Assembly: GCA_038248205.1 (NCBI GenBank)
Contig: JBBRUC010000002.1
Span: 1,571-65,570, forward strand
Origin: Thermoanaerobaculia bacterium
GTDB taxonomy: Bacteria; Acidobacteriota; Thermoanaerobaculia; Multivoradales; UBA5704
DNA length: 64,000 nt
Reading direction: 5' to 3'
The notes under the pieces were generated by a model that worked only from the letters and a program-made list of their open reading frames with translations, was not told the DNA's origin and did no database searches. Of the stretch, positions 52,191 through 61,655 are shown in pieces; within the stretch, counting starts at the first letter, position 1, and each line of letters opens with the position of its first letter. A program made the translations under genes and the position numbers.

Positions 52191-53347
52191 CGATTGGCTC
52201 CCAACTCACCCATGCTCCAAAGATCGCCGAGGGTGTACCTTTCGAGCCAATCCGCAAGGGCCTCCCGGTTGAGCCGTTCGAACCGCGACTCGCCATCGAC
52301 CTTCTCGCAGACGACGACGCTGGACGGGCGATCCGAGAGCGCGTCGACCAGCATTCGGGAATGCGTCGTCACGACGAGCTGGGTGCGTTCCGAGGCGCGT
52401 ACCAAGAGTTCGGCAACATGAGGGATGACATCTGGATGGAGGCCAAGCTCGGGCTCTTCGATGGCGATCAACGGCGGAGGCTCGGGGTGGAGCAGAATGG
52501 CAAGGAGGCTCAGGTATCGGAGCGTACCGTCGGAGAGACGGGTGGCCGGGATCTCCCTCCCTCCGCTTTCCTCCAGAAAGAGCATGACGTTTCCGCCGCT
52601 TACGGAGAGATTAAGGTCCACGATTCCGTCGAAGAGTTTGCGAAGCGAGTTGAGCAAATCGACCTTGGATTGAGACCGAAACCTGGAGAGCACCAGGGCT
52701 AGGTTTTCGCCGCCATCATTCAAAACGTCGCCTCGACCCTGAGCGCTCTGCTCACGACGCCAAGCGGCCCCCGGCCCGAATGACCAGTTGCGGTAAAGGC
52801 GGATGCGTTCGTACTGCTCTTGCAGCCAGCTCAGCACCGGATAGGCCTCGGGGTCACGAACCTGCGAAAGAATCGATTCCTCGGGCTTCACGCTTTCTCG
52901 CTTCAACCCCCTTTGGGTTCTGGAGAGATCGTTCAGTACCGGTCGGCCCTCTTGGAACCGATAGTAGAAATAAGGCTCAGGGTAGCTGCCTATCGGAGCC
53001 TTGTTTTCGATCCTCTCGTCGGTTACCTCGAAGCGGCTGCCGTGTTCGGTGATCTGAAGGACGTGGCGGACCGGCATCTGACCGTTCGGATTGTCGACCA
53101 CTACGTCGATTTTGGCCTCGCGCGATGACGTTGGACCTTTCCAGAGCCATTCTTTGACTCCGCCCATCTCCTTGACCGGCTCCGGCAAGTGGCTGGGGGC
53201 CGCGCGGAGCAGCGCGAGCACTTCGAGAAGATTGGACTTGCCGGAGCCGTTGGGGCCGATCAGGACGTTCAAGCCCTCCAGCGGGAGGTCGATCCCCGTC
53301 GGGCCGAACGACAGCAGGCCGGAGACTTTGAGTCGGTGGATCAGCAT
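52184..53347 (-). CDS. ABC/SMC-like AAA ATPase (AAA_21/AAA_15-type)
   Basis: Walker A GPNGSGKSNLLE. ABC signature-like LSDGTLRYLSLLAIL. Walker B LIAIEEPELGLHP. H-loop TTHS. Confidence 0.85.
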   Translation of the reverse strand: MLIHRLKVSGLLSFGPTGIDLPLEGLNVLIGPNGSGKSNLLEVLALLRAAPSHLPEPVKEMGGVKEWLWKGPTSSREAKIDVVVDNPNGQMPVRHVLQITEHGSRFEVTDERIENKAPIGSYPEPYFYYRFQEGRPVLNDLSRTQRGLKRESVKPEESILSQVRDPEAYPVLSWLQEQYERIRLYRNWSFGPGAAWRREQSAQGRGDVLNDGGENLALVLSRFRSQSKVDLLNSLRKLFDGIVDLNLSVSGGNVMLFLEESGGREIPATRLSDGTLRYLSLLAILLHPEPPPLIAIEEPELGLHPDVIPHVAELLVRASERTQLVVTTHSRMLVDALSDRPSSVVVCEKVDGESRFERLNREALADWLERYTLGDLWSMGELGANRW

Positions 53348-53405
53348 CTCGTTTTTCTCGGCTTCTGTAAGGCCCGTGAGGCCGGGCGCTCCGATCCTTT
53401 TCGTT

Positions 53406-54206
53406 TCAGTAGCTTGGCGAGTCTACCCTGCGAACGATCGCCGCGACCAGCGCCGCGTCCGTCGGTTGCGTCGCTTCGATTGCGGGCTCAACACCCAACG
53501 CCCGCAAATCGGCGCTGGTAACCGGGCCGATCGAGGCGGCGCGGAGCTCGGGGCGGCGTTCGGGCCAATCGGGACCGAAGAGATCGGCGAAGCGGCGGGC
53601 GATGCCGCCGCTGGTGAAGGTCACCCAGCCGAGCGGGGATTCGGTGAATAGGGCTTCGGCGCGCTCCGGGGCGTCGGGCGGCAGGCGCTTGTCGTAGGCG
53701 GTGATGGTGGTGAGGTCCGCGCCTGCCGTTCGGAGACCTTGGGCGAGCAGGGGACGGGCGTCGGCGGCTTGGGGGAGGAGCACGCGCCGGTTGACGATGT
53801 GGGGGGCGAGCTTTTTGAGCAGCGCCTCGGCGTTGCCTTTCGGCGCGATGAGCCACGGCTCCACCCCCACCTCCCGGAGAACCGCCGCTGTGGCCTGGCC
53901 GACCACGGCGTAGGCCAGGCGGTCCGGCAGCGAGTCTTCGGCGGCATCGAGCATGGCCCGCACACCGTTAGCGGAGGTGAAGACCACCCAGTCGTAGAGC
54001 GGCAGCTCCGAGGTCGCCCGCAGCAGTGGGCCTGAGTCGGCGGGGGGAATCATTTCGATCAGGGGGAGGGCGGCGACGGTGGCTCCGGCCTCGGTGAGGC
54101 GCTTTAGGAGCCCGGCCGACTGGCTTTCGGCGCGGGTGACCACGACGCGGATTCCCGCCAGGGCCTTGGAATCGGTGAAAGGTGGGGCGGAATCGGTAGG
54201 GCTCAT
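53406..54206 (-). CDS. hemD: Uroporphyrinogen-III synthase
   Basis: HemD-like two-lobe pattern (VVVTR...LPLIE...WVVFTSANGV...VTFTSGG). 4-nt overlap with hemC. Confidence 0.8.
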   Translation of the reverse strand: MSPTDSAPPFTDSKALAGIRVVVTRAESQSAGLLKRLTEAGATVAALPLIEMIPPADSGPLLRATSELPLYDWVVFTSANGVRAMLDAAEDSLPDRLAYAVVGQATAAVLREVGVEPWLIAPKGNAEALLKKLAPHIVNRRVLLPQAADARPLLAQGLRTAGADLTTITAYDKRLPPDAPERAEALFTESPLGWVTFTSGGIARRFADLFGPDWPERRPELRAASIGPVTSADLRALGVEPAIEATQPTDAALVAAIVRRVDSPSY

Positions 54207-55183
54207 CGTTCGGCGCCGCGGATCGCCGCCAGGATCTCCTCGGCTCCCTTTTCCCGCAGAGTTGCGACCGCGGCCGCAGCCAGCGCCAGCGGATCGCTTC
54301 CCGTCGCCTCGTGCCGCAGCGTTCGCACACCGTCCGGCGTGCCGAGGAAAACCGTCAGCCGAAAGTCCCCGCCGGCAGCCAAAAGCTCCGCGAACGCCGC
54401 GAGCGGCAGCGTGCAGTCACCGCCGAACGCCGCGACCACCGCGCGCTCGGCCAGGGCTTGTCGGCGGCTGTCGGTGTGGTCGAGAAGGGTGCAGATCTCG
54501 TGTGCGGTGCCGCCGGCCCGTACTTCGAGCGCCAGGATGCCCTGGCCGGGGGCCGGGATCATCTCGTGCGTCGGCAAAAGGTGGATCGGCAACTCGGCCA
54601 GCTCCGGACGCTCGATCGTCAGGCGCTCCAGGCCGGAGGCGGCGAGGATCACCCCGGCCGCGCCCCGATCGCGCCATTTGCGGATTCGGGTGTCGACATT
54701 GCCACGGATCGGCTCGACCCGGAGGTCGGGGCGTAGCGCGAGGATTTGCGCCCGGCGCCGCAGGGAGCCGGTGAGCACCTCGGCTCCCGTGGGCAGTCCG
54801 GCGAGAGTCCGAGAAACCTCGGAAATCATCGCATCGCTGCCGTTCGCACGCCGGGGGTAGGCGGCGATCGCCAGCCCCTCGGGAAGCGCCACCGGGAGAT
54901 CCTTCAAGCTGTGGACCGCGAAATCGAGGGAGCCGGCGAGCAGCCCCTGTTCGAGTTCAGCGGTGAACATCCCTTTGCCGCCGAGCTTGGAAAGATCGCC
55001 CGCCGTGCGGTCTCCCGCCGTGACGATCGGCACCAGCTCGACAGTGAGTCCCGGGCGCGCGGCTTCGAGCGCGCGCGCCACCTGCCCGGATTGGGCGAGG
55101 GCGAGCGGGCTTTGGCGCGTACCGAGCCGGAGGCGGACGGGGCTGGTCTCGCCATTTCCCTGCATAAGATGGACGGAGCTCAC
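54203..55183 (-). CDS. hemC: Hydroxymethylbilane synthase (porphobilinogen deaminase)
   Basis: LRLGTRQSPLALAQ, GGKGMFTAELE, DFAVHSLKDLP, RGNVDTR. Confidence 0.9.
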   Translation of the reverse strand: MSSVHLMQGNGETSPVRLRLGTRQSPLALAQSGQVARALEAARPGLTVELVPIVTAGDRTAGDLSKLGGKGMFTAELEQGLLAGSLDFAVHSLKDLPVALPEGLAIAAYPRRANGSDAMISEVSRTLAGLPTGAEVLTGSLRRRAQILALRPDLRVEPIRGNVDTRIRKWRDRGAAGVILAASGLERLTIERPELAELPIHLLPTHEMIPAPGQGILALEVRAGGTAHEICTLLDHTDSRRQALAERAVVAAFGGDCTLPLAAFAELLAAGGDFRLTVFLGTPDGVRTLRHEATGSDPLALAAAAVATLREKGAEEILAAIRGAER

Positions 55184-56490
55184 TCTTCGTTTCCCTCGGA
55201 TGGGTCGGGCCGCGCATCGAGGCGAAACAGATCGCGGGCGATCGCCAGGCGGGCGGCGGTGTTTTCGCCTTCGGCCTCGCGCAGCCGGGCGCTGGGATGA
55301 TGGAGGATCTTCCGTATCAGCGAACGGGTCAGGCGATCGAGGTCGCCGTGGGTCTCGGCGGGGAAGCGGGCGTAGGCCGACGCCAGTTCGCGGCGGCGGA
55401 TCTCCTCGGCTTGCCGCTGCAACTCGGCGACGATCGGCTCGGCGTCGAGACCGCGGTACCAGGCGAAGAAACGGTCGAGTTCGCGGCCGAGCAGCTCTTC
55501 CACTTTCGGTACCTCTTCACGCCGCCGCTTGAGGTTGCGCTCGATCAGGTTCTGGAGCGAATCGATCGTGTGCAGAAATAGATTGCCGATCTTCGCCGCG
55601 CCGGGATCGACGTTTCGCGGCACCCCGAGATCGACCACCAGCAGCGGCCGGCTGCCGCGCACCTCCATGGCGGCGATCAGATCGCCCCGGGTGAGCACCG
55701 GTTCTTCGGCGCCGGTCGCGACGACGATCAGATCGGCTCCGGCGAGCGCGCCGACCCGTTCGGCAAAGGGCAGGGTCTCGATCGTCGGCAGCTCCCGGCG
55801 CATCTCTTCGAGCCGCGCTGCCGTTCGGTTGGCGACTTTGAGCTTCCGGGCACCCCGTTCAAGCAGGTTGCGCGCGACCAGCTTCGCGGTCTCTCCCGCC
55901 CCAAGAATCAAGATGCGGCACTGTTCGAGGTCGCGGAAGATGTTTTTCGCCAGCTCGACCGTGGCGTAGCCGAGCGACACCGCGCCGCTCGCGATCGCGG
56001 TCTCGCGCCGCGCCCGGCCACCGGCATCGATCGCGGCGCGCAGCAGATGTTGGATCACCGGGCCACCCGAGCCCACCTGCTCGGCGATCGAGGCGGCCTG
56101 CTTGACCTGGCCGAGGATCTCCGGCTCGCCGAGCACCATCGATTCGAGCCCCGAGGCGACCGCGAGCAGGTGATGGGCGGCCTCCCGGTTGCGCTGGACG
56201 AATAGCCGCCCGGGTTGCCCCAGCTCTGGGGCGCGGGCGAGAAACAGCAGGTCGAGCAGTTCGCGATAGGCCGTCTCTTCATCCCCCTCGTCGCGCGGCG
56301 CGAGGTAGACCTCGGTCCGGTTGCAGGTGGAGAGGGCGAACGCCTCGCCGATCGCCGGCCGGGCGAGTAGTGCGACCAGTAGCTCCTCGGTCTCTTGGGG
56401 CGACAGCGCGACCCGTTCGCGCAGCTCCAGCGGCGCGAGTCGAAAGTCGGTACCGACCAGAAGGAGCGGCGGGCCGTCGCGACGCGCCAT
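55180..56490 (-). CDS. hemA: Glutamyl-tRNA reductase
   Basis: LSTCNRTEVY, ESMVLGEPEILGQVK, ILILGAGETAKL. Confidence 0.9.
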   Translation of the reverse strand: MARRDGPPLLLVGTDFRLAPLELRERVALSPQETEELLVALLARPAIGEAFALSTCNRTEVYLAPRDEGDEETAYRELLDLLFLARAPELGQPGRLFVQRNREAAHHLLAVASGLESMVLGEPEILGQVKQAASIAEQVGSGGPVIQHLLRAAIDAGGRARRETAIASGAVSLGYATVELAKNIFRDLEQCRILILGAGETAKLVARNLLERGARKLKVANRTAARLEEMRRELPTIETLPFAERVGALAGADLIVVATGAEEPVLTRGDLIAAMEVRGSRPLLVVDLGVPRNVDPGAAKIGNLFLHTIDSLQNLIERNLKRRREEVPKVEELLGRELDRFFAWYRGLDAEPIVAELQRQAEEIRRRELASAYARFPAETHGDLDRLTRSLIRKILHHPSARLREAEGENTAARLAIARDLFRLDARPDPSEGNEE

Positions 56491-56493
56491 GGT

Positions 56494-57318
56494 CTAGAGG
56501 AACCCGTGAAAATCGGTGAAGAAGAAGTTGACCGCCAGGAGAGAGAAGAGGATGGCGCCCAGGCCGGTGAGCGCCACGATCGCCGTCTGTTTACCCTGCC
56601 AGCGACGTAGGCGGCGCAGGCCGAGCGCCGCGCCGTAGAGCAGCCAAATGGCGACCGTGGCGATGATCTTCGGATCGCGATGCCAGATCGCCGGGAACTC
56701 CCGTTGGGCGAACAGAATGCCGGTCGCGACCGCGCCGGTCAAAGCGACGAACCCGGTCACCAGCGCGCCGAGCATCATCCGTTCGAGCGCTTCGAGCGGC
56801 GGCAGCTTGCCGAAGAAGGTCGAGAATCGACCGCCTTTCAAGTCGCGGTACAACTGGAGGAAGAGAAACGCGTATCCCGCGGCGATCGCAAAACCGGTAT
56901 AGCCGAGCAGGGCGAGCGAGATGTGGATGGCGATCACGCCGTCCTTGAACCGGGCGAGATCCGGCGGCGTCGGCCGGCCCATGAGCGAGGCGAGGAGCTG
57001 GAAGAAAAACACCAGGCCGACCAGCCAGAACCCGGTCGAGCGCTCGCGCCCATGCCATTCGACGACCGCGTAGATGCAGCCGATCGCGAACGCGATGATC
57101 GACAGCGCCTGGCCGACGGTCGCGGCCGGGAACTGATGCCAGCGAACGGCGACCGCGATCAGGTAGATCAGGTGGTAGGCGAGGCTTCCGAGGAGCGCGG
57201 GAGTAGTCCAGCGCCGGGCTTCGTTCGGCCCGGAAAAAAACAGGAAGCCATACGCCGCGGCGACCACCAGATACGCTAGCGGCAGTAGGACGATGCCGAC
57301 GGAAAGGAAGGTCTCCAT
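56494..57318 (-). CDS. Cytochrome c assembly (CcsA/HemX-like) membrane protein
   Basis: Polytopic membrane protein immediately upstream of hemA, in the typical hemX position. WHRDPKI motif region present. Confidence 0.75.
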   Translation of the reverse strand: METFLSVGIVLLPLAYLVVAAAYGFLFFSGPNEARRWTTPALLGSLAYHLIYLIAVAVRWHQFPAATVGQALSIIAFAIGCIYAVVEWHGRERSTGFWLVGLVFFFQLLASLMGRPTPPDLARFKDGVIAIHISLALLGYTGFAIAAGYAFLFLQLYRDLKGGRFSTFFGKLPPLEALERMMLGALVTGFVALTGAVATGILFAQREFPAIWHRDPKIIATVAIWLLYGAALGLRRLRRWQGKQTAIVALTGLGAILFSLLAVNFFFTDFHGFL

Positions 57319-57477
57319 TCGGCGCGGATCGTAACACCCCCTTCGGTGCCTTCTTCATCGGCTGTTTGCGACGGCCTTTGCCTTGTCGCTCCGGACTCCA
57401 TCTGTTAGCCTCCCCGGCTTCCATAGGCGGCGACGGTTACAGTTCGGATCGACCGCCTTTTCTTCGAGGTTCGGCTC

Positions 57478-58809
57478 ATGGCGAACATGGTGATCGTCGG
57501 CATGCAATGGGGCGACGAAGGCAAGGGCAAGATCGTCGACCTGCTCTGCCCGGCGTTCGACGCCGTCGTCCGCTATCAGGGCGGGCACAACGCCGGCCAC
57601 ACCGTGAGATTCCGCGATCAGCACTTCTCGCTCCATCTGGTGCCTTCGGGAGTGCTCCATCCCAGTATGCTGTGCGCTCTGGGCAACGGCATGGTGCTGG
57701 CGCCCGATGCTCTCCTGTCCGAGCTGGCGAAGCTCTACGAGGCGGGGGTCCGGTTCGACGGCCGGCTGTTCATCTCGCACCGCGCCCACCTCCTGTTGCC
57801 GCCGCACGCCGCCCTCGACAAAGTGCGCGAAGCCGCCCAAGGGCGAGAAAAGATCGGCACCACCTCGCGCGGCATCGGCCCGGCGTACGAGGGAAAGGTG
57901 GCGCGCCGTGGCCTCCGGGTCGCCGATCTCTCCTCGCCCGACCTCGAAGATCGCCTGCGCTCCCAGCTCGCGCACATTCAGGCCGAGATCACCGGCTTAG
58001 GGGGAGATCCCCTCCCGTCACCGGCTTCGCTCGCCGACCAATGCCGCGCCTGGGCCGAACAATTGCGACCCTGCATCATCGACACCTCCGTCCTGTTGAA
58101 CGAATGGATCGATGCCGGCAAGTGCCTGTTGTTTGAAGGGGCGCAGGGGACGATGCTGGACGTCGACCACGGCACCTACCCGTTCGTCACCAGCTCGAAC
58201 TCGACCGCGGGGGGCGCCGCCACCGGCACGGGAGTGCCGCCCACCCGCATCCACGGCGTGATGGGCGTTCTCAAGGCCTACACCACCCGCGTGGGCGAAG
58301 GGCCGTTCCCGACCGAACTGGCCGGCGCCGAGGAAGAATATCTCCGCCGCCGGGGCAACGAGTTCGGCACCACCACCGGCCGCCCGCGCCGCTGCGGCTG
58401 GCTCGACCTGGTGGTCGCGCGCTACGCGAAGATCGTCAACGGTATCGACGGCATCGCGCTCACCAAGCTCGACGTGCTCGACACCCTGAAGGAGATCCCA
58501 ATCTGCATCGGCTACCGGGTCCGTGGCGAAACCGTCCGCACCCTCCCCGCCGAGCGTCACCTGCTGGAAAAGATCGAGCCCGTCTACCGAACCGTGCCGG
58601 GCTGGAACACCTCAACCGTCGGCACCCTGGAGCACGAAGACCTGCCGCAGGCGGCACGCGACTACCTCGACCTGATCGAGCAAGAGCTGGGCGTGCCGAT
58701 CGTCCTAACCTCGACCGGCCCCCGGCGCGAAGAGACGATTCTCCGCAACCACCCGACCCTTCACCGCCTGACCAGCCAGCGCCTACCGCAGGTTCTCGCC
58801 GAGCGGTAG
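57478..58809 (+). CDS. purA: Adenylosuccinate synthase
   Basis: VIVGMQWGDEGKGKIVD, GGHNAGHT, TTSRGIGPAYEGK, GTTTGRPRRCGW. Confidence 0.95.
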   Translation: MANMVIVGMQWGDEGKGKIVDLLCPAFDAVVRYQGGHNAGHTVRFRDQHFSLHLVPSGVLHPSMLCALGNGMVLAPDALLSELAKLYEAGVRFDGRLFISHRAHLLLPPHAALDKVREAAQGREKIGTTSRGIGPAYEGKVARRGLRVADLSSPDLEDRLRSQLAHIQAEITGLGGDPLPSPASLADQCRAWAEQLRPCIIDTSVLLNEWIDAGKCLLFEGAQGTMLDVDHGTYPFVTSSNSTAGGAATGTGVPPTRIHGVMGVLKAYTTRVGEGPFPTELAGAEEEYLRRRGNEFGTTTGRPRRCGWLDLVVARYAKIVNGIDGIALTKLDVLDTLKEIPICIGYRVRGETVRTLPAERHLLEKIEPVYRTVPGWNTSTVGTLEHEDLPQAARDYLDLIEQELGVPIVLTSTGPRREETILRNHPTLHRLTSQRLPQVLAER

Positions 58810-58874
58810 AAGCCAGGCCTTCGACGCGACGCCCAGCATCCTCTATACTCCCCGCTTCGCAGTTCCTGCCGTAC

Positions 58875-58950
<76 letters not shown>

Positions 58951-59062
58951 ATAGAATCAATAAGATGTGGTGGTTTAATGGGCTGCAATCGGCCCGCGCC
59001 TCCGGGATCACCGCCCCATACTTTCCCTATGCTCCGGGAGAAGCTCGGGAGTTGGTAATCCT

Positions 59063-60559
59063 TTATGCTGCCACGGAAGGCTGTCCGCCCAGGTTTGCCA
59101 GCGCGGCCCCCAGCTCGCGCACCCCCCGCTGGATCTCCTTTTCATCGACCGCCGCAAAGCCCAGTTGCAGCCCCTCGCGCACGGCGTGGCCTCGCGTGTA
59201 GCGGCTGAGCGGGGTGACTTCCACCCCGCGCGACGCGGCCCCGAGGGTGGCGGCTTCGCCGTCGATCCCCGGGGCGAGCCAACCGGCGGTTTGGAGGCCG
59301 GCTTCGAGATCGGAGAGTTGGAGGAGTCCGGCGAGCCGCTCGCGGGCGGCTGAGACCAGGACGGCCGAGCGTTCGGCGTAGATCTCGCGCATGCGGCGAA
59401 GGTGGCGGCCGAAATGCCCTTCGGTGATGAAATCGCAGAGCACCGCCTGGTCCAAGAGCGGCGCATGGCGGCTGCCGATCGAGCGCATCGCGGCGACGGT
59501 GTCCACCAGGTCTTCGGGGAGGACCAAGTAGCCCAGTCGGAGGGAAGGGAACAAAACCTTGCTGAAGCTGCCGGTGAACAGGACCGAGCCCTCTCGATCG
59601 AGACTCTGAAGGGCGGCAACCGGCCGGCCGGAGTAGCGAAACTCGCTGTCGTAATCGTCTTCGAGGATTGGCGTGCCGCTGGTCCTGGCCCATTCGAGGA
59701 GGGCGAGGCGGCGCGGCAGGCTCATGCACAGGCCGGTCGGAAATTGATGCCCGGGGGTGACGTAGGCGAGCCGCGATCCCGCTTGGCGGGAGCCGGGGAC
59801 CACCATCCCCTCGGCATCGAGCGGCAGGGCGGAGATCTTGGCGCCGATGGCCGTAAAGACCAGCGCCGCGCCGGGGTAGCCTGGATCTTCCATGCACACG
59901 CGGTCGCCCGGATCGAGGAACAGCCGGGCGGCCAGGTCGAGCGCCTCCTGCACGCCGGAGACGACCGCGATCTGGTCCGGACCGCAATGGACCCCGCGCG
60001 AAGTGGCGAGGTATTCCGCGAGTGCCTGTTGAAGTGGCAGATAGCCCATCGGGCCGCAGCCGCGTAGGAGGCTCGCCGGGGCGTTGCGATGGCGGCGTGC
60101 GACGAGCTGTGCCCAAAGGGAGGTGGGGAAGAGGTCGAGCGCGGGGAGGTTGGTGCGGAAGGCGCGCGCGGGTCCGGCTTCGAGCCCCGAAAACTGCCGG
60201 GCGGCCCGGCCGAAAGCTGAGATGCGCCGACGTTTCGGGCGTTGGACGGTCGTCTCGCGACCGGTACGCCGTCCGGCTTCGAGCAGGTCGTCGGGCAAAA
60301 TCCGATTGACGAAGGTTCCGGAGCCGGTGGCGGCCAGAACGTACCCTTCCGCCGCGAGCTCCTCGAACGCGGTGACGATCGTGCCGCGCGACAGCCCGTA
60401 CTGGCTCGCTAGATCGCGGGTGGCCGGCAGCCGCGCCCCGGGCTTGAGGCGTCCCTCCAGGATCTCCTTTCGCAAGGCCGACGCGAGCCAGCGCGCGGCG
60501 GGTTCTCCGGGTACGCGGGATGGCAGAGCGAGAAGCGGAGCGGAGGTCGTCTTCGGCAT
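59063..60559 (-). CDS. MocR-family regulator (GntR HTH fused to an aminotransferase-like PLP domain)
   Basis: Internal ATG (M150 of ORF 59063..61006). LPATRDLASQYGLSRGTIVTAFEEL HTH. SFSKVLFPSLRLGY PLP-Lys region. Confidence 0.85.
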   Translation of the reverse strand: MPKTTSAPLLALPSRVPGEPAARWLASALRKEILEGRLKPGARLPATRDLASQYGLSRGTIVTAFEELAAEGYVLAATGSGTFVNRILPDDLLEAGRRTGRETTVQRPKRRRISAFGRAARQFSGLEAGPARAFRTNLPALDLFPTSLWAQLVARRHRNAPASLLRGCGPMGYLPLQQALAEYLATSRGVHCGPDQIAVVSGVQEALDLAARLFLDPGDRVCMEDPGYPGAALVFTAIGAKISALPLDAEGMVVPGSRQAGSRLAYVTPGHQFPTGLCMSLPRRLALLEWARTSGTPILEDDYDSEFRYSGRPVAALQSLDREGSVLFTGSFSKVLFPSLRLGYLVLPEDLVDTVAAMRSIGSRHAPLLDQAVLCDFITEGHFGRHLRRMREIYAERSAVLVSAARERLAGLLQLSDLEAGLQTAGWLAPGIDGEAATLGAASRGVEVTPLSRYTRGHAVREGLQLGFAAVDEKEIQRGVRELGAALANLGGQPSVAA

Positions 60560-60682
60560 GTCGCGATCGAGAAAAGCGGTCCGGTCAATATACCGTAAAT
60601 GGATCTGTCGACTGTGCCGCCTGCGGGCTATCGTCCTCTCTGTCGAAACCACCACGAGCCACGGAACGAAAGGGAGAAACCA

Positions 60683-61153
60683 ATGAAACCGCGAATCCAT
60701 TACGCCAAGGCAGCCCCCGGACTTTACGAAGCCATGGAGGCCTTGGACACCTACCTCGCCGGCTGCGGATTGGACGAGACGTTGCTCCATCTGGTCCGTC
60801 TGCGGGCCTCGCAGATCAACGGCTGCGCCTACTGTATCGACATGCATTGGAAGGATCTGCGCGCGCTGGGAGAAACCGAGCAGCGCCTCTACTCGCTCGA
60901 CGCCTGGCGCGAGACACCGTTCTATACCGAGAAGGAGCGCGCGGCACTCGCCTGGACCGAAGCGGTGACGTTCGTCACCGAAGGGCACGTACCGGATTCG
61001 GTCCACGCCGAGGCGCGCCAGCAGCTGAACGAACAGGAGCTGTCGAACCTGACCCTCGCGGTCGCCGCGATCAACGCCTGGAACCGTCTATCGATCGCGG
61101 CCCGATTGACCCCCGGCGAGTATCAGCCGGCCGGGCGGGAAAACCTCGGATGA
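60683..61153 (+). CDS. Carboxymuconolactone decarboxylase/AhpD-like protein
   Basis: AGGGAG lies upstream. RASQINGCAYCIDMH (CxxC motif) is typical of the family. Divergent from the MocR regulator. Confidence 0.85.
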   Translation: MKPRIHYAKAAPGLYEAMEALDTYLAGCGLDETLLHLVRLRASQINGCAYCIDMHWKDLRALGETEQRLYSLDAWRETPFYTEKERAALAWTEAVTFVTEGHVPDSVHAEARQQLNEQELSNLTLAVAAINAWNRLSIAARLTPGEYQPAGRENLG

Positions 61154-61271
61154 ACGCGCGCCCGTTCGAGGGAGAGGGAGATCGGTCCCGCCGACTCGAA
61201 GCGATTCGAGTATCATCGCAAGACGTACTCCCTTCCGAGTTCGGCTTGGCCCCTACCGAAAGGAGCTGTCT

Positions 61272-61622
61272 ATGCGCCGCCTCCTCCTCTCCTTCTGCGC
61301 TTTACGATTGCTGGCGATTCCCGCGGTCGCGGTGGAAGCCGATCTTTCCTGGCTCAACCCGCCGGCCACGGTTTCGGTCTCCTGCGGCCGGACCTTCCTC
61401 GACCTCATTCAAGTCGATCCGATCGACCCGGTCCCACACGATGGCGGACCGGTCAACACGTCGGATCCGAACTGCATCTGCCCCAGTCCCGTGGGCGCCG
61501 GTTGGGTAATGTTGAACGATGACTGCCTATATCACCCAGAGACCGCGCTCTGCTCCGGCCACTGCTATTGGGACAATCCGCGCCAGATGATCGGAACCCG
61601 TACACCCTGCGGCTCGCCCTAG
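61272..61622 (+). CDS. Small secreted cysteine-rich protein
   Basis: Signal MRRLLLSFCALRLLAIPAVAVEA. 8 Cys in the mature part. Lies 33 nt upstream of the metallopeptidase-like gene. Confidence 0.55.
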   Translation: MRRLLLSFCALRLLAIPAVAVEADLSWLNPPATVSVSCGRTFLDLIQVDPIDPVPHDGGPVNTSDPNCICPSPVGAGWVMLNDDCLYHPETALCSGHCYWDNPRQMIGTRTPCGSP

Positions 61623-61655
61623 GCGGCTTCGACCCGGAACGCTCAGGACGCCCGA

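Noticed and set aside
58951-59062. tRNA-Lys as an integration site for a genomic island
   Set aside because: No integrase, no recognisable direct repeat of the tRNA 3' end and no phage or IS genes follow. The next genes (MocR regulator, AhpD-like protein) look ordinary.
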